A DNA stretch of 63,138 nucleotides, filler included, from Octopus bimaculoides (taxonomy: Eukaryota): NCBI RefSeq assembly GCF_001194135.2. It is 4 parts of 3 records of this genome, joined end to end, with 100 filler letters (N's around TTAATTAATTAA, not from the genome) between each part and the next. Parts side by side here need not be neighbours in the genome. Positions count along the whole stretch, not along the records: positions 1 to 30,573 come from NC_068985.1; positions 30,674 to 48,933 come from NC_069004.1; 2 more parts are not named here. The stretch is one strand, 5' to 3'. The notes beneath the pieces were generated by a model. It worked only from the letters and a program-made list of their open reading frames with translations, was not told where the DNA came from and did not search any database. Shown here piece by piece: positions 24,779-36,135 of this stretch. The translations under genes were made by a program, and so were the position numbers. Numbering within the stretch: position 1 is the first letter of the stretch; each line of letters opens with the position of its first letter.

Positions 24779-25252
24779 NNNNNNNNNNNNNNNNNNNNNN
24801 NNNNNNNNNNNNNNNNNNNNNNNNNNNNNNNNNNNNNNNNNNNNNNNNNNNNNNNNNNNNNNNNNNNNNNNNNNNNNNNNNNNNNNNNNNNNNNNNNNNN
24901 NNNNNNNNNNNNNNNNNNNNNNNNNNNNNNNNNNNNNNNNNNNNNNNNNNNNNNNNNNNNNNNNNNNNNNNNNNNNNNNNNNNNNNNNNNNNNNNNNNNN
25001 NNNNNNNNNNNNNNNNNNNNNNNNNNNNNNNNNNNNNNNNNNNNNNNNNNNNNNNNNNNNNNNNNNNNNNNNNNNNNNNNNNNNNNNNNNNNNNNNNNNN
25101 NNNNNNNNNNNNNNNNNNNNNNNNNNNNNNNNNNNNNNNNNNNNNNNNNNNNNNNNNNNNNNNNNNNNNNNNNNNNNNNNNNNNNNNNNNNNNNNNNNNN
25201 NNNNNNNNNNNNNNNNNNNNNNNNNNNNNATATATATATATATATATACATG

Positions 25253-25509
25253 CAGGGGGTGGTGGTGCAAAAGTAGGTATACAGTAAGTAACACGTCAAT
25301 GTTATAATACTTCATTCATTAAAATTATTAGCACGTTGGATTAGTTAGCCTCATTTATGATATTTTCAGAGTCATTAATCATTATAATACATCTATCATA
25401 ACTATAATAATACTTTTATCGTAACTTTTAATTATTTTGATAAAAATAAACAAGTATTATATGTGTTTTCTATTTTTCATAAATGTATACCTACTTTTGA
25501 ACCACCCTG
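25253..25509. mobile_element. Tc1/mariner-type MITE (257 bp)
   Basis: Ends CAGGGGGTGGTGGTGCAAAAGTAGGTATACA and (reverse complement) CAGGGTGGTTCAAAAGTAGGTATACA; AT-rich interior; TA at the right end. Confidence 0.85.
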
Positions 25510-25515
25510 TATATA

Positions 25516-26733
25516 CAGGATGGCGCAAAAGTCTGGACCCATGGGCAATTTATTATATAACAATTTACGGTTTCCAATAAGTGTTCGAACTGATTTCCAT
25601 CTTCTTCCAAACACTTTCTTACTCGGGAGACACATGATCTTTGCACAGTTCTGAGCATTGAGTTATTCCCCCTTATGATTTCAATTTCTTGTGTGATGTT
25701 ATCTTTTAGTGCTTGTAATGTTCTTGGTCTTTTAGCATAAACCACTGATTTAAGATGTTCCCATAAGAAGAAAATCTAAAGAACTCAAATCAGGAGATCT
25801 TTGTGGTCATTCAACCGGTCCTCGATGTCCAGTCTATTTTCTTGGAAACGTATTGTCCAAAACAACTGCGCACGTCTTTCGTATAATGTGGTGGAGCCCC
25901 ATCCTCCTGAAACAACTTATCTCTTCGAATTGCTAATGGTACGTCATCTAGGCAAGGCATAAGGAATGTTTTTAATAAATGAAGGTATGACTCACCCGTT
26001 ACCGTGTTTGGGCAGAAATAAGGACCAATTATCGTAATTCCCCATATAGCCATCCACACCATAATCCTTGGACAGTATTGGACGCGCACATCCTCAATCC
26101 ACCGAGGATTTTCTGCCGATCAATACCATAAATTATGTCTGTTAACCAAACCGTTTAAGTAAGCTTTTCCATCTGTATTTGTTCTACGAACCACTGACAG
26201 TACTCTACACGACGAGCCATGTTATCCCCATGCAACTCATGTACTAATTGCAGTTTATATGAATGAAAATGATTGCGAGACAAAATGTGGCCAATGGAAC
26301 GCCTAGATACACCCGTTTCTTGTGAAACTTTTCTTAATGACTTTCGTGGGCTTCCGTCCACATGTCTGTATACCCATGCAGATGTTCCAGAATCAGTTGC
26401 AGTTCTTCTTCTTCCACTGCGGGGCCGGTGGTGGACGCTTTCTGTTTCTTTAAAACGAATAACAGTTTAGCTGACAGTTCTTTGTGTAATTGGTTGCCTA
26501 TTCGGGTACTTAGCATTAAAAATATCTGCGACTGAGCGCGAGCTGTCGCCAACCTTCGCATACAGAAACTCAAGTTCTACTCTTTCTGAAATTGTTAGCT
26601 TTTCTGCCATAGCTACCGATCTGAAAGACAAAAAAACATAAATTAGATATAATTAAATGATCAAAATCATATTAAATATAAGAATGACTTTTTCTATAAT
26701 TTCTCTATGGCTCCAGACTTTTACACCACGCCG
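25516..26733 (-). mobile_element. Near full-length decayed Tc1/mariner element (DUF4817/Tc3-like transposase pseudogene, ATG at 26610)
   Basis: TIRs 22/29 identical and TA-flanked. Fragments MAEKLTISERVEL…, SPRKSLRKVSQETGVSRRS…YKLQLVHEL, MVWMAIWG…IIGPYF…FQEDGAPPHY, LQALKDNITQEI…GNQFEHL. Confidence 0.9.
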
Positions 26734-27194
26734 TATATATTATATAGTTTCTATACGCCAGGTATGTAACTTATCCCTGCAATATGTTACATCCCCTACA
26801 AGTAAATCAATAATGCATTATCGGAGATTCCATATACTTACAAGATACTTTTTAAAAAATATTTGAGTAAATGGTTAATTTTCGTTGTATTAGGCATGAA
26901 ATTTGAAGTTACTATGTACTATCGTGCACGGACTGTATCATATTATACATATTTCACTCTCACACCGTAATGTTCGAGTAAATTAAAAATGGCTGCGTCG
27001 TTGCAGAGCAGACGATAGCAGCGTAATGCTATCTCCTGCGGTTGTTGTAGTGAGGATGATGGTCGCTGTGATGCCTCCGGTTAAAACTAGGGAAAACAGA
27101 ATTCACTAAGGATAAGCTGGAAGTACGTCTGAAGTTGTCATTGTACTGTCAAAAATCAAACCCACAGTCTTCTGTCAAAAATCAAACTCACATC

Positions 27195-27500
27195 CGTCTG
27201 TCTGTCTGTCTGTCTGTTCGGCTGTCTTCCTGTCTTTCTGTATGTCTGTCTGTCTGTCCTGCCTGTCTGTGTTCTGTCCATCTGTCTGTCTGTTCGTCTG
27301 CTGTCCGTCCGTCTTTCTATCTGCCTGTCCGTCTTTCTACCTGCCTGTCCGTCTTTCTATCTGCCTGTCCGTCTTTCTATCTGCCTGTCCGTCCGTCCGT
27401 CTTCCTCTCCATCCGTCGGTCCGTCTTCTCGTTCGTCTGTTTGTCTATTTGTCTTGCTTACCTGCCTGCCTGCCTGCCTGCCTGCCTGTCTGCCTGCTTA
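27195..27500. repeat. Degenerate (TCTG/CCTG/TCCG)n repeat
   Basis: Direct reading. Confidence 0.9.
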
Positions 27501-28467
27501 ACTCTCTGCTTTTCTAAACATCCATCTATGCGTCCATCCATTTATCTATTTGTTTGTCTATCGGACAGTCTGTCGATCTGTGGCCAATGGTTTTTACTTT
27601 CAATGTGTTCTATAATTACTCCAATGAAACTCAAAAAAACATTTCCTATTACATAACGATCTCGTTACAATCAACTCGACGTTCCACAAAACTTTCGAAT
27701 TACAGTAATAATAATAAAAAAATAACTTTGTTACTGTGACTGCATAGTAATTATGATCAACATTAATAAATTCTGTCATGTAAAATTGACTACTGTCAGC
27801 AACAGCTGATATTATTATGTCAACAGTTGCAGACAGCGGCCAGACTTAATCTTTATTTCTGAGTGTGATTTATAAGATTTGAAAACAAATTAGTTTGCAG
27901 ATTAACTCATGATACAGCAAGAACAGAATTATTATAAGAAAATCTGTTTCAGTTAATGAATTTTCAGTGAATTTAAGCACACAGCATTTCAAAATGAGAA
28001 CAATCAGAAGATGTGTGCCGATGAAATGTCGCTGACATACATACATACATACATACATACATACATACATACATACATGGTGATTGCTCCATCTTCACAG
28101 AGGATTGCCGTGTCTTTGTATTCATTCGTTGTCAATAGCATTTCCGACTTTCCACCTATGACCTCTCAGATGATTATTCAATCCCATTGCAGATCTGCAT
28201 AGGTGACAGGCAAAAGTTGTAACGCAGTGTGCGCTTCGAACTGGTTAGATCGCCACATGTTGCCACTCTTACAGCTTGGATTTTCAGAAAATGAAATCAA
28301 CCAACCAACTCTCACATTACAGATACAATCTGTAAACGGAACAGTAAAACCATGCAAGACTTTTCTCAGTTTTAAAATGTAACATTGTTTTCGTTATCTA
28401 CATTCCAATGATGGAACTTTGTATCTTTATTAGAAACCAGCTCCTTTTTCAATAGAAGGATTTAAAT

Positions 28468-28765
28468 CAGGGGGTTCCCAAACTTATTTTGCTTGTGGAT
28501 CCCCTGAGAGTTATCTTATCATCTGTGAACTCCATATATGCACTTGTAAATTTTTTAAATAAAATATTTATTTGCAGGTTAGTAAAAACTAACAATGAAA
28601 CAATTTCGTTATATTCATAGCATAAATTCCAAATACAAATCTCGAAAATTTCAATAAATACAGATACCTCTCCTTGTAAACAAAATTTATATATGGACCC
28701 ACAAATTACAATTTTTACTCGTGGACCTCTTTAAAGCTTCTGTGGACCCGGGTTGGGAAACCCTT
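28468..28765. mobile_element. hAT (Charlie-like) MITE, 298 bp, 8-bp TSD
   Basis: Ends CAGGGGGTTCCCAAAC and (reverse complement) AAGGGTTTCCCAACC; ATTTAAAT at 28460-67 and 28766-73. Confidence 0.85.
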
Positions 28766-29037
28766 ATTTAAATAATTAAAAATAGATAGGAACATACATA
28801 CCCTAACCCTTAACCTGGCAGTTCGGCAAATGAAACCAATAGAATAATTACCAGGCTCAAAAAATAAATACTAGGATTGATTTATTCGACTAAAAATTGA
28901 AGGCGGTGCCCCAGCGTGGTCGCAATCTAATGAATGGAACAAGTAAAAGATAAAAGATAAATCAATCAATCAATGAAAGCGCATGGTCTAGTGGACTAGG
29001 TGTTGTACTCACGATTACAAGACAATGGTGCGTTTAA

Positions 29038-29468
29038 GGCGGCGAGCTGGCAGAAGCGTTAGCACGCCGGGCGAAATGCTTAGCGGTATTTCGTCTGTCT
29101 TTACGTTCTGAGTTCAAATTCCGCCGAGGTCGACTTTGCCTTTCATCCTTTCGGGATCGATAAATTAAGTACCAGTTACGCACTAGGGTCGATATAATCG
29201 ACTTAATCCGTTTGTCTGTCCTTATTTGTCCCCTCTATGTTTAGCCCCTTGTGAGCAATAAAGAAATAAGAAACGTTAGCATACCGGGCAAAATGCTTAG
29301 CGGTATTTCGTCTGTCTTTACGTTCTAAGTTCAAATTCCGCCGAGGTCGACTTTACCTTTCATCCTTTCGGGGTCGATAAATTAAATACCAGTTACGTAC
29401 TGAGGTCGATATAATTGACTGGCCTCTTACACCAAAATTTCGGGCCTTGTGCTTAGAGTAGGAAAGAA
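29038..29468 (+). mobile_element. Dimeric SINE family C inserted into an older SINE head
   Basis: Two core modules (29038-29270, 29270-29468); flanking imperfect 17-bp direct repeat GACAATGGTGCGTTTAA / GATAATGGTACGTTTAG. Confidence 0.8.
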
Positions 29469-29699
29469 GATAATGGTACGTTTAGTTCGTGAGCAAAACA
29501 CTTCATTTCACGTTATAGACGTCCACTTAGCTGTTAATGATTAACGGCCTGGAGCTCCGTTTATGAGAAATTTTTGTCTGCCCATCCAACCAGCGGGGTG
29601 GCCTCATTCGAAATCTACAGCAATGCGTGGTAGCGCACTCTAACCAGCGATGTATGACAACTATTGATAGTCTGGTCGCTCCAGTGATATGTATGTATA

Positions 29700-29704
29700 A
29701 GTGA

Positions 29705-29746
<42 letters not shown>

Positions 29747-30090
29747 ATACACACACACGTGAATGTGCATGTGTGTATGTGTATGTATGTGTGCCTGCAT
29801 ATGTGTGTGTAGATGTGCGTGTGCGTGCATGTGTGTGCTTGTAGATGTGTGTGTGTGTGTACATATGTGTGCAGGTGTATGTGTCCGTGCATATGTGTAT
29901 GTGTGTGTGCACATGTGTGTAGATGTATGTGTGCGGGCATATATGTGTATGTAGATGTATGTGAGTGCGTGCGTGCATCTGCGTGTGTAGATGCATGTAT
30001 ACGCGAGTGCATGCGTGTGTACATGTATGTGTGTGTGTGTGCGTGCATAAGTATGTGTAGATGTGTATGTCCACGTATGGTTGTGTATAC

Positions 30091-30159
<69 letters not shown>

Positions 30160-30160
30160 T
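29700..30160. repeat. (GT)n, long cryptic (GT/AT) repeat and (TA)n
   Basis: Direct reading; source of the HT/CV ORFs at 29527-30194. Confidence 0.9.
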
Positions 30161-30573
30161 GGATGTGCATGAGATAGATATAAACTGTGGACATGGGTTA
30201 ATTATGAATTAGCTTATATGCGTTCACATACAATTGCACATCTGTGTATAAATAACTAAATAGCTTATTTTAAACTACTGCGACCCATTTGTAGTAAGAA
30301 ACAGTGACCAGCTCAGATGGTTTCGTTGAATTTGTTGAGCTCTTCTCGGGTTCATATACCAGCGAGAGGCCTGTGGTTTTAGCCGCAGGAGTTGGTTTAC
30401 ACAACCAAGCAGATTGTACGTTTCTTAACTGCTCGCACGTGAAAATATTCAAAATTAATCACATAGATACATAGATATAAATAAGAGCAAACATGTATAT
30501 ATGTATATATGTGTATGCATGTGAGTATATATGTATGTATATGTGAATATATGTATATATATGTGTGTGTATA

Positions 30574-30673
30574 NNNNNNNNNNNNNNNNNNNNNNNNNNN
30601 NNNNNNNNNNNNNNNNNTTAATTAATTAANNNNNNNNNNNNNNNNNNNNNNNNNNNNNNNNNNNNNNNNNNNN
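30574..30673. other. Artificial 100-bp scaffold linker 44N-TTAATTAATTAA-44N
   Basis: Identical structure at 48934-49033 and 60898-60997; the 12-mer is a palindrome with stops in all six frames. Confidence 0.95.
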
Positions 30674-31648
30674 CCTAGATTTTGTTTTATTTACTGATTA
30701 GAATAAGTGTTTGTCAAGTGGGGGGTGGAGGTTGGGGTTGGGGTGATGGCAGTGGTTGTAGCTTAATACATCCTTCTTCCAAAATATTTACCAAAACCAC
30801 CACCACCACTGCTAATTGGGATTTAACTTTATCGCAAATATTCAGTTTTATCAGTTTCCTCCTGACGTTGTGCGTGCTTGTGTGCACGTGTGTGTGTGTG
30901 CGTGAGTGAGCAAAGACTGTGTGGGTGCATGCGTTACATATAACACACACAAAACTCTTCGCCCTCGCGTCACTGTTGCTTCTACTAAATATCAATAATA
31001 ATATGTGTATGTTCTTTTACTTGTTTGTCATTTGACTACGGCCATGCTGGCGCACCACCTTTTAGTCGAACGAATCACTCCCCAGGGATTATTCTTTCTA
31101 GTGCTTATTCTATCGGTCTCCTTTTGCTGAACCGCTAAAGTACGGGGACGTAAACACATCAACATCAGTTGTCAAGCAATGGTGGTGGTGGGGGGGGACA
31201 AATACAGACATGCAAACCTATGGCCAAAAGTATTGCAACCATAACCACCGTATGTGTGTGTGTGTGTGTAAAACTTAAAGGAATAGGGATTTGGAATCTA
31301 GGCAGGTGTACCTTATTAGCACTCTGATATAATCCAGATCTGGCCAACCACATTGAATGATAGGAACATACATAAATTTGTTCCACCCACCCACCTGGGT
31401 AAATTCTTGAACAAAGCTGCATAGGAATGTCTACCCTGGATGTGAATGTGTATTGCAGACTGATCCAACTAAACGCCTATAAATGCTTACATCAAACGAC
31501 AGCAGGATACTTGTGTGGCAGAAACACGTGTCACGTTGCCATCTTATGCGAATTTAATGAGAATTATTCTGTAATAAACAAGTTCAGTAGATGTATAGGT
31601 CTCCATTTTTTAATAATGTCTTGTGTGTGGATATGTGTGTGTGTGTGG

Positions 31649-31710
<62 letters not shown>

Positions 31711-33650
31711 CCATTCATAAAAGAGAGAGATAGAGAGAGTGGGAGAGTGCAGCCACAGGCACAGAGTGGTTGTGTGGTTAAGAAGCTTGCTCTTTAACTT
31801 TAGGTCTCAGGTTCAGTCCTGCTACACAGCGCCTTGGGCAAGTGTCTTGTAATATAGTCCCAGGTCAACCAAACCCTTGTGAGTGCTTTTTTGTACATGG
31901 AAACCGAAAGAAGCCCGTTGTGTGTGTGTGTGTTTATCTATCATCTTATCTTGACATCACATGGTGATTGTAGACAAGCCTGACCATCATGTAAGCAGTA
32001 TTGTTTGTTTCTGGTCTCCCATGTAACCAAGTCCAGCCCTAGGGAAATATTGCCTTGCCTGGAAATAGGTGACAACTAGCAACAGGAAAGGTATCCAGTT
32101 GCAGAAAACTTACCTCATTAAATTCTATCCAACCCATGCAGGCATGGAAAAGTGGACATGAAATAATGATGGCATTATCCAGTGTGTCTTTCCCTTACCA
32201 CACAGCCACTCCTACGCCTACTTTCTACAAACAGCACAAGGCCTGAAATTTTGGGGGAGGAGGAAAGTCGATTATGTCAACCCCAAGTACTCAACTGACA
32301 CTTAATTTATTGACCCTAGATGGATGAAAGGCAAAAGCCAACCTCAGCAGAATTTGAACTCAGAACGTAAAGATGGACGAAATGCCACTAAGCATTTTGC
32401 CCGCCATGCTAACAATTCTGCCAGCTCGCTGCCTTAATAATAATAATAATAATGATGATAATAATAATAATAATAATGAAAATAATGGTTATGTAGATCT
32501 AGATTCTGTGTCCTTCCACTCTCTGGACCGACTTACAGCTAAGTAGACTGAGATGTTGACACTTCTAATCATCCTGCCATGGCCGGATGAGTACTGTTCG
32601 TCTCTCTCTCAGTTCTGTCAACCAGAATTTATTTCAGTTGCTACGTGAAAACATTCCGCCTTTGCAAAGGTGTGGGTTGAGGGAATCTTTTAGACTTTCT
32701 GACATTTTATTTACGTTGCATCAGAGAATAGAAAAAGACCAGCTCTTCACTAAAGTGTTTATGGTAATAATTGTATGAATAATGATTGAAGTATGTTCAG
32801 CATGAAGTATGTCACTTTGTGTGTGTGTGTGTGTGTTTCTCTTTGTAGGCAAACACCTTTGCGGCGCTATTGTGAGTGTTTTAATTATGGGTGTGCATGT
32901 GACGTTGATTAGTGATGGACTCTTTATTGTCAAAGGAATGCGTAACATCAACAAAGGAGACAAAGATTGTTCTGTTCTTTCAGTCAGTTTATTCAAGAGC
33001 ATATCAGTAAAGCGTACTTGACCTGTCCGCCTGTAAAATGTCATTATGTAAGAGGTATTTTGCATAGGTTTGTGTGTACATTTTTTTTTTTTTTTTTGTT
33101 ATTAAAGAGGTAAGAAAGAAAAATACCTGAGGATAAATAAAAAAAGAAAACCTTGATCTAGAAATTTTTTTTTTTCTGTAAAATCAAGNNNNNNNNNNNN
33201 NNNNNNNNNNNNNNNNNNNNNNNNNNNNNNNNNNNNNNNNNNNNNNNNNNNNNNNNNNNNNNNNNNNNNNNNNNNNNNNNNNNNNNNNNNNNNNNNNNNN
33301 NNNNNNNNNNNNNNNNNNNNNNNNNNNNNNNNNNNNNNNNNNNNNNNNNNNNNNNNNNNNNNNNNNNNNNNNNNNNNNNNNNNNNNNNNNNNNNNNNNNN
33401 NNNNNNNNNNNNNNNNTTCTTTTTATTAAAGGTTTGAGCTGGCAGAATTATTTGTGTATCAGATAAAATTGCTTTAATGTCTTTTCTTCTGGCTTGTTAT
33501 GTTCTGAGTTCAAATCCTGCTGATGTCAACTTTGCCTTTCAGGGTCAATGTAATCAACTTGTCCCTTCCTTTCGAAATTGCTGGCCCTGTGCTGCCAAAA
33601 TTAGAAAGGATTATTATTAAGATGGCAGGGTTGGCAGAAGTGTTACCTTA

Positions 33651-34068
33651 GCAGCGAGTTGGCAGAAACATTAGCACGCCGGGCAAAATGCTTAGCGGTG
33701 TTTCGTTTACCACTACCTTCTGAGTTCAAATTTCGCCAAGGTTGACTTTCCCTTTCATCCTTTCGGGGTCGATTTGAATAAGTACCAGTTACGCACTGAG
33801 GTCGATATAATCAACTTAATCCGTTTGTCTGTCCTTGTTTGTCCCCTCTGTGTGTAGCCCCTTGTGAGTAGTAAAGAAATAAGAAGCGTTACCATAGCAT
33901 TTTTTTCCGATTTTAGGTTCTGAGTTTCAATGCTGCTGGAGTTGACTTTGCCCTTCATCCTTTCAGGCTTGATAAAATAAATACTAGTTGAACACTGGGG
34001 TCAACGTAATCGACTTTCTTTTCCCCCCCTCCACCACCAAGTTGCTGGCCTTGTGCCAAAATTAGAAA
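33651..34068 (+). mobile_element. Dimeric SINE family C, second copy
   Basis: Same module order and junction (AAGAAATAAGAA-G/A-CGTTA) as 29038-29468. Confidence 0.75.
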
Positions 34069-35144
34069 CATTCATTATTATTGATAAAAGAACTCCTTAT
34101 TCTTGTTGACTTCTTTTACTCGACTTAAACGGCACCATGTATTGTCCTCAATGTCTCAGACCCTTGTGGTCAATAAAAGAAAGCCTGTTGGACAATAAGG
34201 CCTTAAAGAATGTCTTCTGGCTCTTTGTTCTGAGTCCAGATCCTCTGGAGGTCACTTTTGCTTTTCATCTGTTCATGATTGATAAAGTACCAGTCATATG
34301 CTGGAGACATTGGCATCAACTGAGCCCCTGCCCACAAAATTGCTGACCTGCATAAACTCAAAACAGTTGCCGTTGCTGTCACACTTGGTTCATTCCCCCA
34401 CCCCCTTCTCCAGGTATCATCTCCAGACAGGTGGTGGTGGTGATGGTGGTGAAGAAGTCGATAATGATGACGGTGGGTGGGGGGGTTGTGATGCGGGTGG
34501 TGAATATGTGATAATGATGATGTTAGTGATGAGGTTGGTGATGGTGGTGATGAGGATGATGGTTGTGCCATACAGAAAGGAAGACTAAGCTGTTTCCTTC
34601 AAGAATCTCTCTTCTTTTTTTTCCCTTCTGTTTTCTTTCCTTTTTTGTTTTTTCCTTCTCTTCTCATTAATCTGTTGGCGTAACTCAAGTGCATTTTTTT
34701 TTTACTGCAAATGTTCGTTGCGGGGTGGTGGTGGTGGTGGTGGTGGTGGNNNNNNNNNNNNNNNNNNNNNNNNNNNNNNNNNNNNNNNNNNNNNNNNNNN
34801 NNNNNNNNNNNNNNNNNNNNNNNNNNNNNNNNNNNNNNNNNNNNNNNNNNNNNNNNNNNNNNNNNNNNNNNNNNNNNNNNNNNNNNNNNNNNNNNNNNNN
34901 NNNNNNNNNNNNNNNNNNNNNNNNNNNNNNNNNNNNNNNNNNNNNNNNNNNNNNNNNNNNNNNNNNNNNNNNNNNNNNNNNNNNNNNNNNNNNNNNNNNN
35001 NNNNNNNNNNNNNNNNNNNNNNNNNNNNNNNNNNNNNNNNNNNNNNNNNNNNNNNNNNNNNNNNNNNNNNNNNNNNNNNNNNNNNNNNNNNNNNNNNNNN
35101 NNNNNNNNNNNNNNNNNNNNNNNNNNNNNNNNNNNNNNNNNNNN

Positions 35145-35185
<41 letters not shown>

Positions 35186-35874
35186 TAGATAGATATAGAT
35201 GTGAGATAGGTAGATAGATAGATATAAGATAGATTGATAGAGAGATATAATAGATAGGAATGTAATTTGTAGATATATGTAGATAATTATATATAATTTA
35301 AGTATAGCTGTAACTACATTGCACGTGTGTGTGTGTGTGTAGATGTTGATCTAGTTAGGGAAAAATAAATTATATATGAGAGATAGTTATAATGTAGATA
35401 TAGCTGTGTGTGTGTAGACATAGCTTAGGAAAAATGGTGTATGTGCAAGCATGGTTGTGTGGGTAAGAAGTTTTGCTTCAGAGATATATGGCTCTGGGTT
35501 CAACCACACTGCATGGCAGTTTGGGTATTTTCTGTTCATAGTCTTGGGTTGAACAATGTCTTTGGTAAAAGAAAAACTGAAAGAAGCCCTGTGTGTGTTG
35601 GTGTCTCCTTGTCTTAACAGCGTGTGTTTGTTGTAAACGAGTATCACTGTCATACAAGCAGTGTCCTTCGTTTTCAATCTTCCATGAAAACCTGTCCAGC
35701 CAGAGTGGAATGACCTTGGAAACAGGTGAGGGTTGGGGACAGGAAGGGTATCCAGCTTAGATAAAATTCTGACTCCGGCAAGTATGGAAGAGTAGATGTT
35801 AAAGCAACGATATGTTTACAGTCATACACATATGCACATAGATAGTTATATATGTACATGTAGATGTGTGTATA

Positions 35875-36135
35875 TCATCATCATCATCATCATAATGTCT
35901 GTTGTCCATGCTGGCAAGGGTTGGATGGTTTGACCTGGGCTGGCAAGTTGAGGGGCTGCGCCAGACTCTACTCTGATTTGGCATGTGTTTCTACGGCTGG
36001 AGGCCCTTCCTAATGCCAATCACTTTACAGTATGTGCTGGGTGCTTCTACATGGTTCCACATGGTTCCACATGGACACTTCTATATGGTTCCACATGGAT
36101 GTTTCTATGCGGCGCCACATGGGTGCTTTTCTGTG
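35875..36135 (-). mobile_element. RTE-type 3' tail ending in (GAT)n, with about four 24-bp internal tandem repeats
   Basis: CATCATCAT…CCATGCTGGCAAGGGTTGGATGG…GCCCTTCCTAATGCCAA; opposite-strand relatives at 32040-32180, 35700-35815 and 46230-46420. Confidence 0.6.

Noticed and set aside
26986-26996. YY1-like AAAATGGCTGC (also AAGATGGCAGC near 2172) as promoter marks
   Set aside because: Short motifs expected by chance; no linked exon.
30618-30629. TTAATTAATTAA as a biological palindrome or piggyBac site
   Set aside because: Always centred between exactly 44 N on each side; assembly linker.
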